DNA from: Octopus sinensis
Taxonomy: Eukaryota
DNA length: 64,000 bases
Assembly: GCF_006345805.1 (NCBI RefSeq)
Contig: NC_043000.1
Location: 25,606,001 to 25,670,000, forward strand
Direction of reading: 5' to 3'
A program made the position numbers and the translations under genes. Shown here piece by piece: positions 14,329 to 26,529 of this stretch; within the stretch, counting starts at the first letter, position 1; each line of letters begins with the position of its first letter. Under the pieces are notes generated by a model. It was given only the letters and a program-made list of their open reading frames with translations. It made no database searches and was not told where the DNA came from.

Positions 14329-14362
<34 letters not shown>

Positions 14363-14492
14363 GCTCTTTTTATTCTATTCTCTTCCTGAGAGTATAACCT
14401 CATAGTTTGCCTTTCTGTTACCACGTAACTTCTCTTCAGTATGACACCTGTTCCTCATCTTTTATCATTATGTTCACCTCCCTCAATACTGT

Positions 14493-14717
14493 ACAAGAAG
14501 GTACTGAAAAGATCCTGACTTTAAAGGTGGGGTTTCATGAAAGGCCTGGTTGGAGGCCCAACCTCCTGAGTTCTTTTACAGGGCTTAGAAAAACTGAAGG
14601 ACCACTGCAATAAGTGTGTGAATCTGAGAGGGGAATATGTTGAATAAAATCATAATTAATTGAGTCTCCTCTATTTTATTTTACTCAATGCCTGGAAATT
14701 TTCAGCACCCCCTTGTA
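14493..14717. mobile_element. Mariner-type MITE
   Basis: TA-flanked TIRs caagaaggtactgaaaag / ttttcagcacccccttg. Related to the copy at 55763. Confidence 0.6.
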
Positions 14718-16189
14718 CCTTCACTCATTTGAGGAGCCTTGCTCAGGAGACACCCAAAATGGCACACTCTGTGAAGTGGTTGGCATATCATTGGGAACGG
14801 TGCCCAATTGTAGAAACCATGCCAAAGCAAATATTGGAGCTTGGTGTAGTCATCTGGTTTGTTAGTTTCTCTCAAGTCATTCTATGCAGACCAGCATGGC
14901 GAATGGACTTTAAACAATAAAAAATTCAAATGGAAATTGTAGTCAAGACACCCGTGCCGGTGACACATAAAAAGTACCATCTGAACGTGACAGATGCCAG
15001 CGCCGCCTGACTGGCATCCGTATCAGTGACACGTAAAAGCACCAACCGATCGTGGGCGTTTGCCAGCTTGCTCTGCCCCTGTGCTGGTGACACGTAAAAA
15101 ACACCCACTACACTCACGGAGTGGTTGGCGTTAGGAAGGGCATCCAGCTGTAGAAACACTGCCAAATCAGAGTAGAGCCTAGTGCAGCCTCCATGGCTTA
15201 CAAGACCCCAGTCGAACCGTCCAACCCATGATAGCGTAGAAAACGGACGTTAAATGATGATGGTAAATGATGATGATGATTATGACAATGGTGTGTGTGT
15301 GTGTGTGTCTTTGTGTATGCATGTGTGTATATTTTTACAGGTTTCTCTCTGGACATCTGGATGCATATTTGGTAAAGGAGTTTAATGTCCGTGAAAAAAA
15401 ACATCCTTTCTCCATGCTATGTTTTAATATGATTATTTTATTTGTGTCATTTGTTGTGCCATCATGAATCTATAATTTCTATTGAATGCTATTCCCAGAC
15501 ATTATTAAATTACACAGAACACGTACAACTGCTGCCATACATTTAAAAAGTGGTGAGCAGAAGTGCTTGATCAAAGCTGACCTGGTTCTACAAAACAGCA
15601 GCAATAACAACTACTACAACAAATATTGGTCACAAACTATGGTTCTTGGAGAAGGAACACAAAGAATATCGAATTCTTGTTCAATATTGATTTTATGTCA
15701 GAATGGTTTATTTTTTTATCGAGTATATTTTTTTTATTCATCATGATTTCTTTTAGCATTAACATTTGTAGCTGTTCTTGTTTAGTTCCAGCCATGACAA
15801 TCCCACTTGGAACTTTTTCAGACAATATATCTAGGGCTATATTATCTAAAGTGTGTACCAATTTTCAAGATAATGTGTAGTTTGAGGGAAATATAGCTGC
15901 TGATTCTACCAGTCTGACTCAGCATCTAGAATCTTCCTTGTTCATTCATAAATAATGATTCCAAATTTTGGCTTAGGGTCAGTAATTTCAAGGGGAGGGT
16001 GGGGTGGGGAAGTTGATTACATTGATTCCAGTACCTGACTACTACTTATCTCATTGACCCCCAAAAGGATGAAAGGTAACGTCAACTTCAATCAGGTTTG
16101 AACTGGGAACATAACGATGGAATAAATGCCTCTGATGAACTAACAATTCTGCCAAGGCACCATCCTCTATTATTGATAATAATAATAAT

Positions 16190-16370
16190 CTTTTCAAGTG
16201 TTGTGCCTCACAGAGACAAAGTTCCTTTTGAGCGTTGGGTCTCATGGAGACAAATTGGCTAAGTTCCTTTCAAGTGTTGGGCCTCACAAAAGCAAAGTGG
16301 CTGAGTTCCTTTTGAGCACTGGGCCTCGTGGAGGCAAAGTGGCCAAGTTCCCTTCAAGTGTTGGGCCTGT
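16190..16370. repeat. Degenerate ~39-bp tandem repeat related to the 20-bp minisatellite
   Basis: aagttcctttcaagtgttgggcctca..caaagtggct units. Confidence 0.7.
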
Positions 16371-17452
16371 ATTTGTGTGTGTGTGTGTGTGTGTGTGTTT
16401 GTAACTCTTGGCCTTGACATTGGGCACCCTCCCATCATATGGTGCTCCTCATTTCCAATCTTCCCTGAAAGCATGTCTGGCCATAGGGGGAATATTATCT
16501 TGTTTGAAAAATCTGGCTCAGGAAATTCTACATGGAAAAATGGATGTTAAAATGATAATGGTATCTGGAGTCTGAATATGTCTTGTGAAATGCTGGAATG
16601 GGTTTGCTTCTAGAAAGTCCTTCCCAAAGATAGGTGTCTGAGCAAGGTATTTTCATGGAAGACCAACAGTTTCCAATGCATTGAAGCCCCATCTCACTTA
16701 CCTATGATCTAGTAGCATAAGGGGAAAGTAAGGGCTAGTAGCATAAGGGGGAAAGTAAGGGCTGATACTGCTTGGCAGCACCATTATCACAAGAGATGTC
16801 TTTAGGACCTCAAAGCCCTGCACTAGATGTTGCAGTCTATCACACCTGGTGCTATAATAATCCTACTAATCTCCTGGAATTAGTGCTTTTTGTTAATCAC
16901 CGTTGAAAAAGGATGAAAAGCAAAGTTGATGATTTCAGTCAGTGGGTTGTGGCCATGCTGGGGCACCACCTTGAAGGGTTTCCAATCAGATTGAACCCAT
17001 TAAATTAATATAAGTTTGGTACTTATTCTCATTTTATTGGGGTTTTTTTCTCTTTTTGCAAAACTGCAAAATTATGGGGATGTAAACAAACCAATACCAG
17101 TTGTCAAATGGTGTTGACATGAAGACAAGATAGCTGGAAAGACAAACACAAATAGAAAGACACACTTAAATACTTTTTCTCTCGTTTGTCTAAACATATA
17201 TGCCCATATCTATCTAATACCTTATTACGGAGATGTACTTGCATAGCAAGTGACCTGATCTGAGATCGTGTGCTGGAACGAAAACAATTGCAGCATGGAA
17301 GGTGTTTATAAGCCATTTAAGAAACACACAAAATCTGTTAGATTCGCTTCAACATTTAAATTTAATTTGTCAAAATATTTTCTAATATCTGTCTCTCTAT
17401 TAGAGATGTGTGTGTATGTGTATCCACCTATGTATGAATTATATACACACTT

Positions 17453-17708
17453 ATATGGTGTAGTGGTTAAGAGCGTGGGCTACTAACCCCAAGATTTCGA
17501 GTTTGATTCCAAGCAGTGACCTGAATAATAATAATAATAACATTGAAAAATACCTTAGGAATGAGAACCCAGGTTTTAAATTTCTCCAAGACACCTGGTG
17601 AAAGCTGGAGGGTATATCAGCCAAAATGTGTTAACAAACAAGATGAGGACAAATATCCGTCAAATGTAAATAATGTACATAATTCCTCATCTCTTAAATA
17701 TAGAACTG
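17453..17708 (+). mobile_element. Apparently full-length tRNA-headed, hammerhead-containing SINE (hammerhead degenerate in this copy)
   Basis: A box tggtgtagtgg, B box gagtttgattcc, (AAT)n linker and hammerhead-like body at ~17590-17632. Perfect 13-bp TSD tatatacacactt at 17440-17452 and 17709-17721. Confidence 0.8.
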
Positions 17709-18178
17709 TATATACACACTTTTTCGCGTATATATATATCCAATTTCCTTATTATAGACATGGGTGTTTATGATTTATGTCTTGTAGACGTTCAGATGTT
17801 TTTCTTAACGCCAAGGTGTTGTTATATAATCCTATTTGCAATTGCTTTTGACAAATGTTTGTACAGTGATTAAATTCCATAATTGACCATTCCCATGTGG
17901 TTCCAGTTTCACAGAGAATAACAATGCTGTTGATTGGGACTGCAATGCTACATTGATCAAATCAAACGATGAAATGGAAACTTCTCACAGATTTATTGAT
18001 AAATGTCAAACCTGTTTCTGTATTTATCTGTGAGGAATCATAGAAAATATAATTGAACACGTTTATGGTAGGATTTATCACAACTGAGAAAAGTGTAAAC
18101 CCTTTCAGTTTTCTGTTGAAATACACTGCCATTGTAGTAAAGATTATTTGCCAACATAACATGGCAGTTCTGGTTTAA

Positions 18179-18399
18179 CCCTTTCGTTACCAACCCAGCT
18201 GAAACCGGCTCTGGCTGTGTTGTACAAATGTCTTGTTTCCTTAAGTTCTGAATTAAAATCTTCCACCAAACCTTAGTCGCAATTTATGTTCCTAACACGA
18301 GCTGAATGATAACTAAGTTATTTTACCTAATTCTTTGTTATATTTAAAATAATTGAAAGAAACACAGAGCATCTCAAAATAAATACGCTAATGAAAGGG
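18179..18399. mobile_element. piggyBac-type MITE
   Basis: TTAA-ccctttcgtta..taatgaaaggg-TTAA. The empty site is visible in the tandem sister copy near 18755. Confidence 0.8.
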
Positions 18400-18528
18400 T
18401 TAAGACAAATGTTGCTGTAATTTAGCCCCAGGAGACATACATCATCTCCAGCTGGCTATACAACATGATCTGTGTCCTTATATTTTCGAACAAGGGAATC
18501 TAGCACCCCCACTCAGCTCAAAACAATA

Positions 18529-18573
18529 TCTGTGTATCATGATTTCTGGGTTATTTCTCTTCACCAGCACAGA
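18529..18573 (-). ncRNA. Type I hammerhead ribozyme motif (core variant CTGGTGA in this copy)
   Basis: Minus strand reads tctgtg CTGGTGA agag aaataa ccca GAAA tcatga TA cacaga, with a 6-bp stem I and the palindrome ATCATGAT. The sister partial copy at 18870-18900 has canonical CTGATGA. Confidence 0.6.
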
Positions 18574-19075
18574 ATAATTGTTTGCCTAGAGGTGGCACTG
18601 CCAAATTCCCATTCGAAATATATAGTTTTCAAAGTGACAACTAGTCACTGATCTATAAATTAGAAAATTACCATTTTGTTAAATCTTACAATGAGAGATA
18701 TTCAGCAACAGTACTTTGGAGTAAAGATTATTTGCCAACATAACTTGGCAGTCCTGGTTTAGGACGAATGTTGCTGTAATTTAGCCCCTGGAGACATCCT
18801 CTCCAGATGGCTATACAACACGATCCGTGTCCTTATATTTTCAAACACGAGAATCTAGATTCCCAACAATTTCTGGGTTATTTCTCTTCATCAGCATAGA
18901 ATAATTTTTTGGAGATGATGTCTCCTGGGGCTAAATTACAGCAACATTCGTCCTAAACTAGGACTGCCATGTTATGTTGGCAAATAGTCTTTACTACAAA
19001 GTACTGTGGCTGAATATCTCTTGTGAGATTTACAAATAGTAATTTTCTAGACTGCCTTGGTTTCAATTATAATTG

Positions 19076-19385
19076 GCACTCCGTCAGTTGCAATGATGAG
19101 TTGATCCAATAAATGAAATAGCCCACTTGTGAAATTAATGTGCAAGTGGGTGAGCACTTCCCAGACATGCATACCCTTAATGTAACTCTGAGGGAGAGTC
19201 AGCATGACACAGAATGTGACAAGGCTGGCCCCTAGAATTACAGGTACAACTCATTTTTGCCAGCAGGGTTGACTGGAGCAACGTGAAAAATAAAGTGTAT
19301 TGCTCAGGTGCACAGTACACTGCCAGGAATTGAACTCGCTCCCTTTTGATCATAAGCTGAATATCCCTAGCCACTATGCCACATT
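19076..19385 (-). mobile_element. SINE with a different head/core but the same 3' module as the 7974 element (others ~1977-2290-, 62516-63050-)
   Basis: Core gagcaatacacttt..ttgctccagtcaacc..aaatgagttgtacc, followed by the shared tail. Confidence 0.65.
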
Positions 19386-19877
19386 CCTTGTTTCAATTAT
19401 CACCATGTCATTAGGTGATGAGCTGGCAGAATCGTTAGCAAGCTGAGCAAAAGCTTGGCAGCATTTCATCTGTCTTTACGTTCTGAGTTCAAATTCCACC
19501 AACGTCAACTTTGCCTTTCATCCTTTCAGGGTCGATAAATTACGTACCAGTTATGCACTGGGGTTGATGTAATTGACTTGTCCCCCTTCCCCTAATTTCA
19601 AGCCTTGTGTTTATAGTGGAAAAGATTATTAAGGTGGTTAACAAGGCAGTGAGCTGGTAAAATCGTTAGCATGGTGCACAAAATACTTGGCAGCATTTTG
19701 TTTACCTTTATGTTCTGAGTTCAAGTTCTGCCAAGGCCGACTTTGTCTTTCATCCTTTTGCGGTCAATGAAATAAGTACCAGTTGAGCACTGGGTTGATG
19801 TAATTGACTATCCCTCTCAACCCTATCAGTCCAGTGGAGTAGCTTCAACAAGGTCAAAACGCCAGAGTGTCTTGAAG

Positions 19878-20500
19878 TTTCCTTTTGAGCATTGGGCCTT
19901 CCTTTCGGGTGCTGGGCCTTCCTTTCGAGCGCTGGGCCTTCCTTTCGAGTGCTGGGCCTTTCTTTTGAGTGCTGGGCCTTCCTTTCAAGCGCTGGGCCTT
20001 CCTTTTGAGGGCTGGGCTTTCCTTTTGAGTGCTGGGCCTTCCTTTCGAGCGTTGGGTCTTCCTTTCGAGCGCTGGGCCTTCCTTTCGAGCGCTGGGCCTT
20101 CCTTTCGAGCGCTGGGCCTTCCTTTCGAGCGCTGGGCCTTCCTTTCAAGTGCTAGAGCTTCCTTTCGAGCGCTGGGCCTTCCTTTCGAGCGCTGGGCCTT
20201 CCTTTCGAGCGCTGGGCCTTCCTTTCGAGCGCTGGGCCTTCCTTTCAAGTGCTAGAGCTTCCTTTCGAGCGCTGGGCCTTCCTTTCGAGCGCTGGGCCTT
20301 CCTTTCGAGCGCTGGGCCTTCCTTTCAAGTGCTAGAGCTTCCTTTCGAGCGCTGGGCCTTCCTTTCGAGCGCTGGGCCTTCCTTTCGAGCGCTGGGCCTT
20401 CCTTTCGAGCGCTGGGCCTTCCTTTCGAGCGCTGGGCCTTCCTTTCAAGTGCCAGGGCTTCCTTTCGAACGCTGGGCCTTCCTTTCAAGTGCTGGGCCTC
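19878..20500. repeat. GC-rich 20-bp minisatellite (cctttcgagcgctgggcctt) x ~31
   Basis: Direct reading; near-perfect units with a recurring aagtgctagag variant. Confidence 0.97.
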
Positions 20501-21862
20501 ATGAAGACAAAGTGGCTGAGTTCCTTTTGAGTGTTGGGCTTCAAAGAGGCAATGACCAAGACTTTTGGCATTCTCAAAGTGGTTGTCATTAGGAATGGCA
20601 TCCAGCCATAGAAGACCATGCCAAATCAGATTGGAGTCTGGTGTAGACTTCTAGCATGCCAGTCCAGTCAAACCATCCAACTCATGCAAACATGGACAAC
20701 AGATGTTAAACAATCGTCATCATCATCATCTCAGTGGGGGATATGTTCACAGTTAACAAAACCACCAACAATCAGAGATACAGGTTTGAATCTGCCAGAA
20801 TATACTAAGAATGAACAGATAGGTACAGGTGTGGCTGTATGATAAGAAGTTTGCTTCCCAACCTCAAGGTTGCAGGTTCAGTCCCACTGCATGGCATCTT
20901 GGGCAAATGTCTTCTACTATGGTCTCAGGCTGACCAAAGCTTTGTGAGTAGATTTTGTAGACGGAAACCAAAAGAAATGTTGTGTGTGTGTGTGTGTCTT
21001 TGTGTTTGTGTTTTTCTTCCACCACTTCTTGATAATTGGTGTTTGTGTGTTTACATCCCCCATGACTTAGTGGTACAGCTAAAGAGACTGATAGAATAAA
21101 TACCAATCATAAAAAAATAAGTACTGTGGTTGATTCATTCAACTAAAAAAAATTTCTTGCAGGTGGTGCCCTAGCATGGCCGCAGTCTAACGGCTGAAAC
21201 AAGGATAAGATAAAAGATAAAGTTATTATTAAGAATTTTTTTACTGTTTTACTTGTTTTAGTCATTTGACCGTGGCCATGCTGGAGCACCACCTTTAGTT
21301 GAATGAATTGACCCCAGGACTTATTCTTTGTAAGCCTAGTACTTATTCTATCAGTCTCTTTTGCTGAACTGTTAAGTTACTTGGACATGAACACACCACC
21401 ATCAGTTGTCAAGCGATGTTAGGGGGATAAACACACACACACACACACACACTCATATATATATATGAAGGGCTTCTTCCAGTTTCTTATTTCTTTACTG
21501 CCCACAAGGGGCTAAACATAGAGGGGACAAACAAGGACAGGCAAAGAGATTAAGTTGACTACATCAACCCCCAGTGTGTAACTGGTACTTAATTTATCGA
21601 CCCCGAAAGGATGAAAAACAAAGTCAACCTTGGCGGAATTTGAACTCAGAACATAAAGACAGATGAAATACCGCTAAGCATTTTGCCTGGCGCGCTAACG
21701 TTTCTGCCAGCTCGCCGCCTTCTTTCAGTTTCTGCCTACCAAATCCACTTACAAGGCTTTGGTCAGCTTGAGGCTATGATAGAAGACACCTGCCCAAGGT
21801 GCCACACAGTGGGACTGATGCAAATGTTTCCATATCTAGCGTTTAAAGGTTGTGTGGTTTAA

Positions 21863-22083
21863 CCCTTTAGCATTTAAACCGGCCATATCCGGCCAAAAGT
21901 ATTCTGCCTGTTTTATGTTCAAACTAGCCAGATCTGGTCTCTCACACCAGCCCTACAATATCGTTTTAAAAATTAACAGCTACCTCATCAAAATCTCATA
22001 GCTCCAAGATAATGTCTGATTAGTTCAAACCAATGTGGATAAAAAAGGATTAATTTTGGCAGAATAATGCGAACACTAAAGGG
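21863..22083. mobile_element. piggyBac-type MITE
   Basis: TTAA-ccctttag..ctaaaggg-TTAA. Confidence 0.75.
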
Positions 22084-22771
22084 TTAAAGTTCTGACCTGT
22101 TCTCTATGTTGTTTAAATTCAAGTCTTGCTGAAACCATTTTGCTGAGCTCTTTCAAAACTAGAAAACAGCTTGTGCTGTCACTAAATTCATAAAGAAGCA
22201 TTCAACAGGAAAGTGTGTGTACAGACTTTATAAAGCGACTTGTTTCAGTTACATAAAAATAAAAATGTCTAAAGCTGATAAGGAAAACATTCCATGCATG
22301 CTAACATGGAAAATAGCTGTTAAAAAAAATTAAAGTATAAAAAAGATGAGATAGAAAAAAAAATGTTTCTTTTTATGTTCTTATAATGTCCATAATAGTT
22401 ATTTAATCATATTGGAATGGAAAACCAAATATGTCTGAAGAATTCCAATAGAACATGGCGGCCTTGGCAGCCGTTTATTAATTCAGCTGTCTTTGTGATT
22501 AGATATGTTTCATTTTGCCTCGTTTATTTCATTCAGTCTTCTCTTTTGTTAGGTTTTCAACCGTCGTATTGATTAAAATTACTGTTGTTAGCAGGGTTTT
22601 ATATAGGACTGTCTTTCTACATCTCTTACTGGAATTTTCTCTTTGCATAAGAATGTCAAACTGAAGAATATTCTACATAAGAATAAGTGAGTTTGGTGAG
22701 TTGAGATTCTGTGAGGATTGAAGAATTTAGTGTTTCTAGCCCTTGCCCTTTGTCTATGAGAAATTGTTGTT

Positions 22772-23391
22772 CTATATTTGAGAAATGAGGAATTATGTAC
22801 ATTATTTACATTTGATGGATATTTGTCCTCATCTTTGTTGTTAACACAATGTTTCGGCTGATGTACTCTCCAGCCTTCATCAGGTGTTCTGAAGGAATTT
22901 CAAACCTGGGTTCTCATTCCTAAGGTATTTTCTGTTGTTGTTATTATTATTATTCAGGTTACTTTCTGGAATCGAACTCGGAATCTTGACGTTAGTAGCC
23001 TGTGCTCTTAACCACTATGCCATATACCAGTGGTCATACTAACCCCAAGATTCCGAGTTTGATTCCAGGCAGTGACCTGAATAATAATAATAATAATAAT
23101 AATCATCATCATCATCATCGTTTAACGTCCGCTTTCCATGCTAGCATGGGTTGGACGATTTGACTGAGGACTGGCAAACCAGACTCCAATCTGATCTGGC
23201 AGTGTTTCTACAGTTGGATGCCCTTCCTAACGCCAATAATAATAATAATATCGGAAAAATACCTTACAAATGGGAACCCAGGTTCGAAATTCCCCCAGGA
23301 CACCTGATGAAGGCTGGAGAGTACATCAGCCAAAACATGTTAACAACAAACAAGATGAGGACAAATATCCATCAAATGTAAATAATGTTCA
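22772..23391. mobile_element. Head-to-head inverted pair of the hammerhead SINE inserted as one unit
   Basis: Minus copy ~22772-23030 and plus copy ~23038-23388; the plus copy is interrupted by an RTE 3' end at ~23104-23236. Flanked by agaaattgttgtt (22759-22771) and agaaattgctgtt (23392-23404). Confidence 0.75.
22843..22888 (-). ncRNA. Minimal type I hammerhead ribozyme motif (Penelope-type)
   Basis: Minus strand reads aacac CTGATGA a ggctg gagagtacat cagcc GAAA CATT gtgtt. Stem I is aacac/gtgtt and stem II is ggctg/cagcc. The stem III palindrome ACGT has decayed to ACAT. Confidence 0.7.
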
Positions 23392-26300
23392 AGAAATTGC
23401 TGTTTACCATTCTCAATATTGACCCACCACTGACCGTCTTTTAGTGTTGTGAGGTTCTGGTTTTAAAGTGATCTAAATTTAAAGTTTCCATTAAGATTTC
23501 ATGTTAACTTATATTCTAGACACTAAATTAAAAATGGTTTTAAATTTTTGGCACAAGACCAGCAATGTCAGGGGAGGGAGTAAGCTGATTATATCAACAC
23601 TAGTACTCAACTGGTCCTTGTTTTATCAATCCCTAAAGGATGGAAAGCTAAGTCCACCTCAGCAATGCATAACGGAGCCACATGAATGCACCTGTGTCTG
23701 CTGCATAAAAGCACCTGGTGCACTCTATAGTGGTTGGCATTAGGAAGGGCATCTAGCCATAGAAACCATGCTGTCTGGGCAGTGCTTAAGCTGACCAACT
23801 CCTGTCAAACTGTCCAACCTATGCCAGCATGGAAAATGGATGTTAAATGATGATGATGATGATGAATGTAAAAAGGCAGCGAGCTGGCAGAAACGTTAGC
23901 ATGCCAGGCTAAATGCTTAGTGGTATTTCGTCTGCCGTTACGTTCCGAGTTCAAATTCCACTGAGGTCAACTTTACCTTTCATCCTTTCGGGGTCGATAA
24001 ATTAAGTACCAGTTACGCACTGGGGTCGATGTAATCAACTTAATCCCTTTGTCTGTCCTTGTTTGTCCCCTCTATGTTTAGCTCCTTGTGGGCAATAAAG
24101 AAACAGAATGTAAAGATGGACGAAACACTGCTAAGTATTGTACCTGACATGTTAATGATTCTACTAGTTTCCCGCCTTCGACACTAACTTAATAACAAAG
24201 CTATTTTCCTGAATTCTTCATTATTTTCAAAATTATTTGGAAGCTTCAAGCATGGCTGTGTGGTTATGCAGTTTGCTTCTCAACCATGTGGTTTCAGGTT
24301 CAATTCCACTGCATCTTGGGAATGTGCCTTCTTCTTTAATCCCAGGCTGACCATAGCTTTGTAAGTGGATTTGAACTTGGCCAAGTAACCTCATACTTCC
24401 TCTACAGCAAGACACCTGTATCTGTCTCACTATAATCTTTCATCATCCAACACAAGATAACCTCCTCTCCACTGAAGGTGTTTTTTTTTTTTTTTTGCCT
24501 TGCAAGTACTTGGTGACTTGGTGACCCTGTCAGTGCAGATGCCACTTAAAAGCACCCAGTCCACACTATAAAGTGGTTGGTGTTTAGGGCATCAAGCTGT
24601 AAAAACCTTGCCAAAACTGACCTCACCTATCTTTGTGCCACATAAAAAGCACTAAGTCCACTCTGCTGAGTGGTTGGTGTTAGGAAGGGCATCCAGCTGT
24701 AAAAATCCTACCAAAACAGCCACAGAAGTCTGGTGCAGGCCTCTGCCTGGTCAGCTCTTGTGAAATCGTCCCACCCATGCTAGCATGGAAGGTGGACGTT
24801 AAACAACAGCGTAATAGTAGCAGCAGCAGCAACTCAGTAAAAAGCAGAAACTAATACAATAAATACCAAAGTTACGATAAGTATCGGAATTGATGTTATC
24901 AAATAAAAAAAAAGCTTTAATACATTGCCCCAGCATAGCCACATTCCAATGACTGAAGCAAGTAAAAGAATAACAGAATTAAACCAGATTAGCTCAGACT
25001 GATTCTGTTTATCTTTGTTCCAGCTGCTCTTAAACTTCAAACCCATCTTCTCTTTCATCACTTTCTTTAAGATAAGACAAAGATTGTTAAACTACAACCA
25101 TTAACGATGGAATTATTTGGTTAGAAATCTCACCTGGAATTAATCACGAACACATCATAAGGGGTAGGTTTGGTTGTGTGGTTAAGAAATTTGCTTCCCA
25201 AACATAAGGATTCAGGTTCAGTCCCACTGTCTAACATCTTAGTCAAGTGTCTTCTACTATAGCTTTGAGATGACCAAAGCTTTGTGAATATATTTCATAA
25301 ATGGAAACTGCAAGAAGCCTGTTGTGTATGTCTGTGTACTTTTGTCTTGCAAATGAGCATCATTGTCATACAAATGATGTTCATTTCCTGTCTTGCATGG
25401 GAAATAATACCTTGATTGGAAAGAAGTGAGGGTTGGTGACAGAAAAGGCATCCACCTCAACAAATATCCATCTAACCCATGCAAGCATGAAAAAGTGGAT
25501 GTTAAACAATGAAATAAAAAGAAGTGCTTGTTTTGTTTTCAAGTCTGTAATTATTTTGGTCCCAACCTATCTTAGCTGGAACAAATACCACAAGGTATTT
25601 TGTGTGATGTTCTGACAGTTCCAATTCACTGCCGTGGATTGGCTCTTTGTATCAATGACCTCAGCAGCATTTGAACTTAGAATGTAGTGAACTAGAACCA
25701 ATACCGTAAGGCATTCTGTCTGACACACTAATGACTCTGCAGGCATGGCTGTGTGGTAAGAAGGCGGCAAGCTGGCAGAAATGTTAGCGTGCCAGGTGAA
25801 ATGCTTATCAATATTTTGTCTGCCGTTACGTTCTGAGTTCAAATTCCACCGAAGTAGACTTTGCCTTTCATCTTTTCGGGGTCGATTAGATAAGTACCAG
25901 TTACTCACTGGCTTTATTGTCTGTTCTGGTATGGTTTCTATGGCTGGATGCCCTTCCTAGTGCCAACCACTCCACAGAGTGTACTGTGTGCTTTTCATAT
26001 AGCACCAGTATCAATTTTGCTTTGGCAGACAGGTCTTCTTGTGTACAAGGCACCAGATATCTCGGTCCTTTGTCATCTCATGTGTGTATGTATATTGGCA
26101 TCCAGCCATGGAAACTCTGCCTCAACCAATTCCGTTCGACGCATGCAAACATAGGAAAGTGGACATTAGTTGATGATGATGACAGTGACGACAACAGCAT
26201 ATATATATATTAGGTTTTGCAAAATGTAAAAGCATTCACAGACACATTCATGCATAAACATTTATGTAAATATGGCCATTTTTTTTTTCAATTTGTATTC

Positions 26301-26414
26301 AATTATATCTATTTAATAATCTTTTTGGTCAGAAAATGAAGATATATTAATCAAATATGCCTCTATCGTATCATATGATGCTTATCATGTCTAGCAAAGA
26401 AAACATGTATAGAT

Positions 26415-26447
<33 letters not shown>

Positions 26448-26529
26448 AATATATACATGCATGTATATACAAATGCTTATGGAAAATGGATGTTAAATAG
26501 TGAGTTAGTTGGGTGGTGGTGTTCTGAAA

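Larger units (their letters stand above)
18135..19050 (-). mobile_element. Penelope pLTR-/retrozyme-like array: ~360-bp tandem unit plus inverted partial copy
   Basis: Direct repeat starts at 18137 and 18721. The inverted copy at 18910-19050 pairs with 18661-18805. Hammerhead motifs lie at 18529-18573 and 18870-18900. Confidence 0.65.

Noticed and set aside
15486-15880. Overlapping 74-86 aa ORFs in unique sequence
   Set aside because: No recognisable motifs or convincing splice sites.
19750-20592. Several 80-190 aa repetitive ORFs, and a possible CRISPR-like array
   Set aside because: These are translations of a 20-bp minisatellite on both strands. There are no unique spacers or cas genes, and the context is eukaryotic.
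22955-23030. tRNA gene
   Set aside because: A/B boxes and an anticodon-like arm are present, but there is no proper acceptor stem and it continues into the SINE body. The same applies to the other SINE heads.
23299-23342. Active hammerhead in the plus copy
   Set aside because: The GAAA core is mutated to AAAA and stem III is damaged, so it is counted only as a decayed copy.
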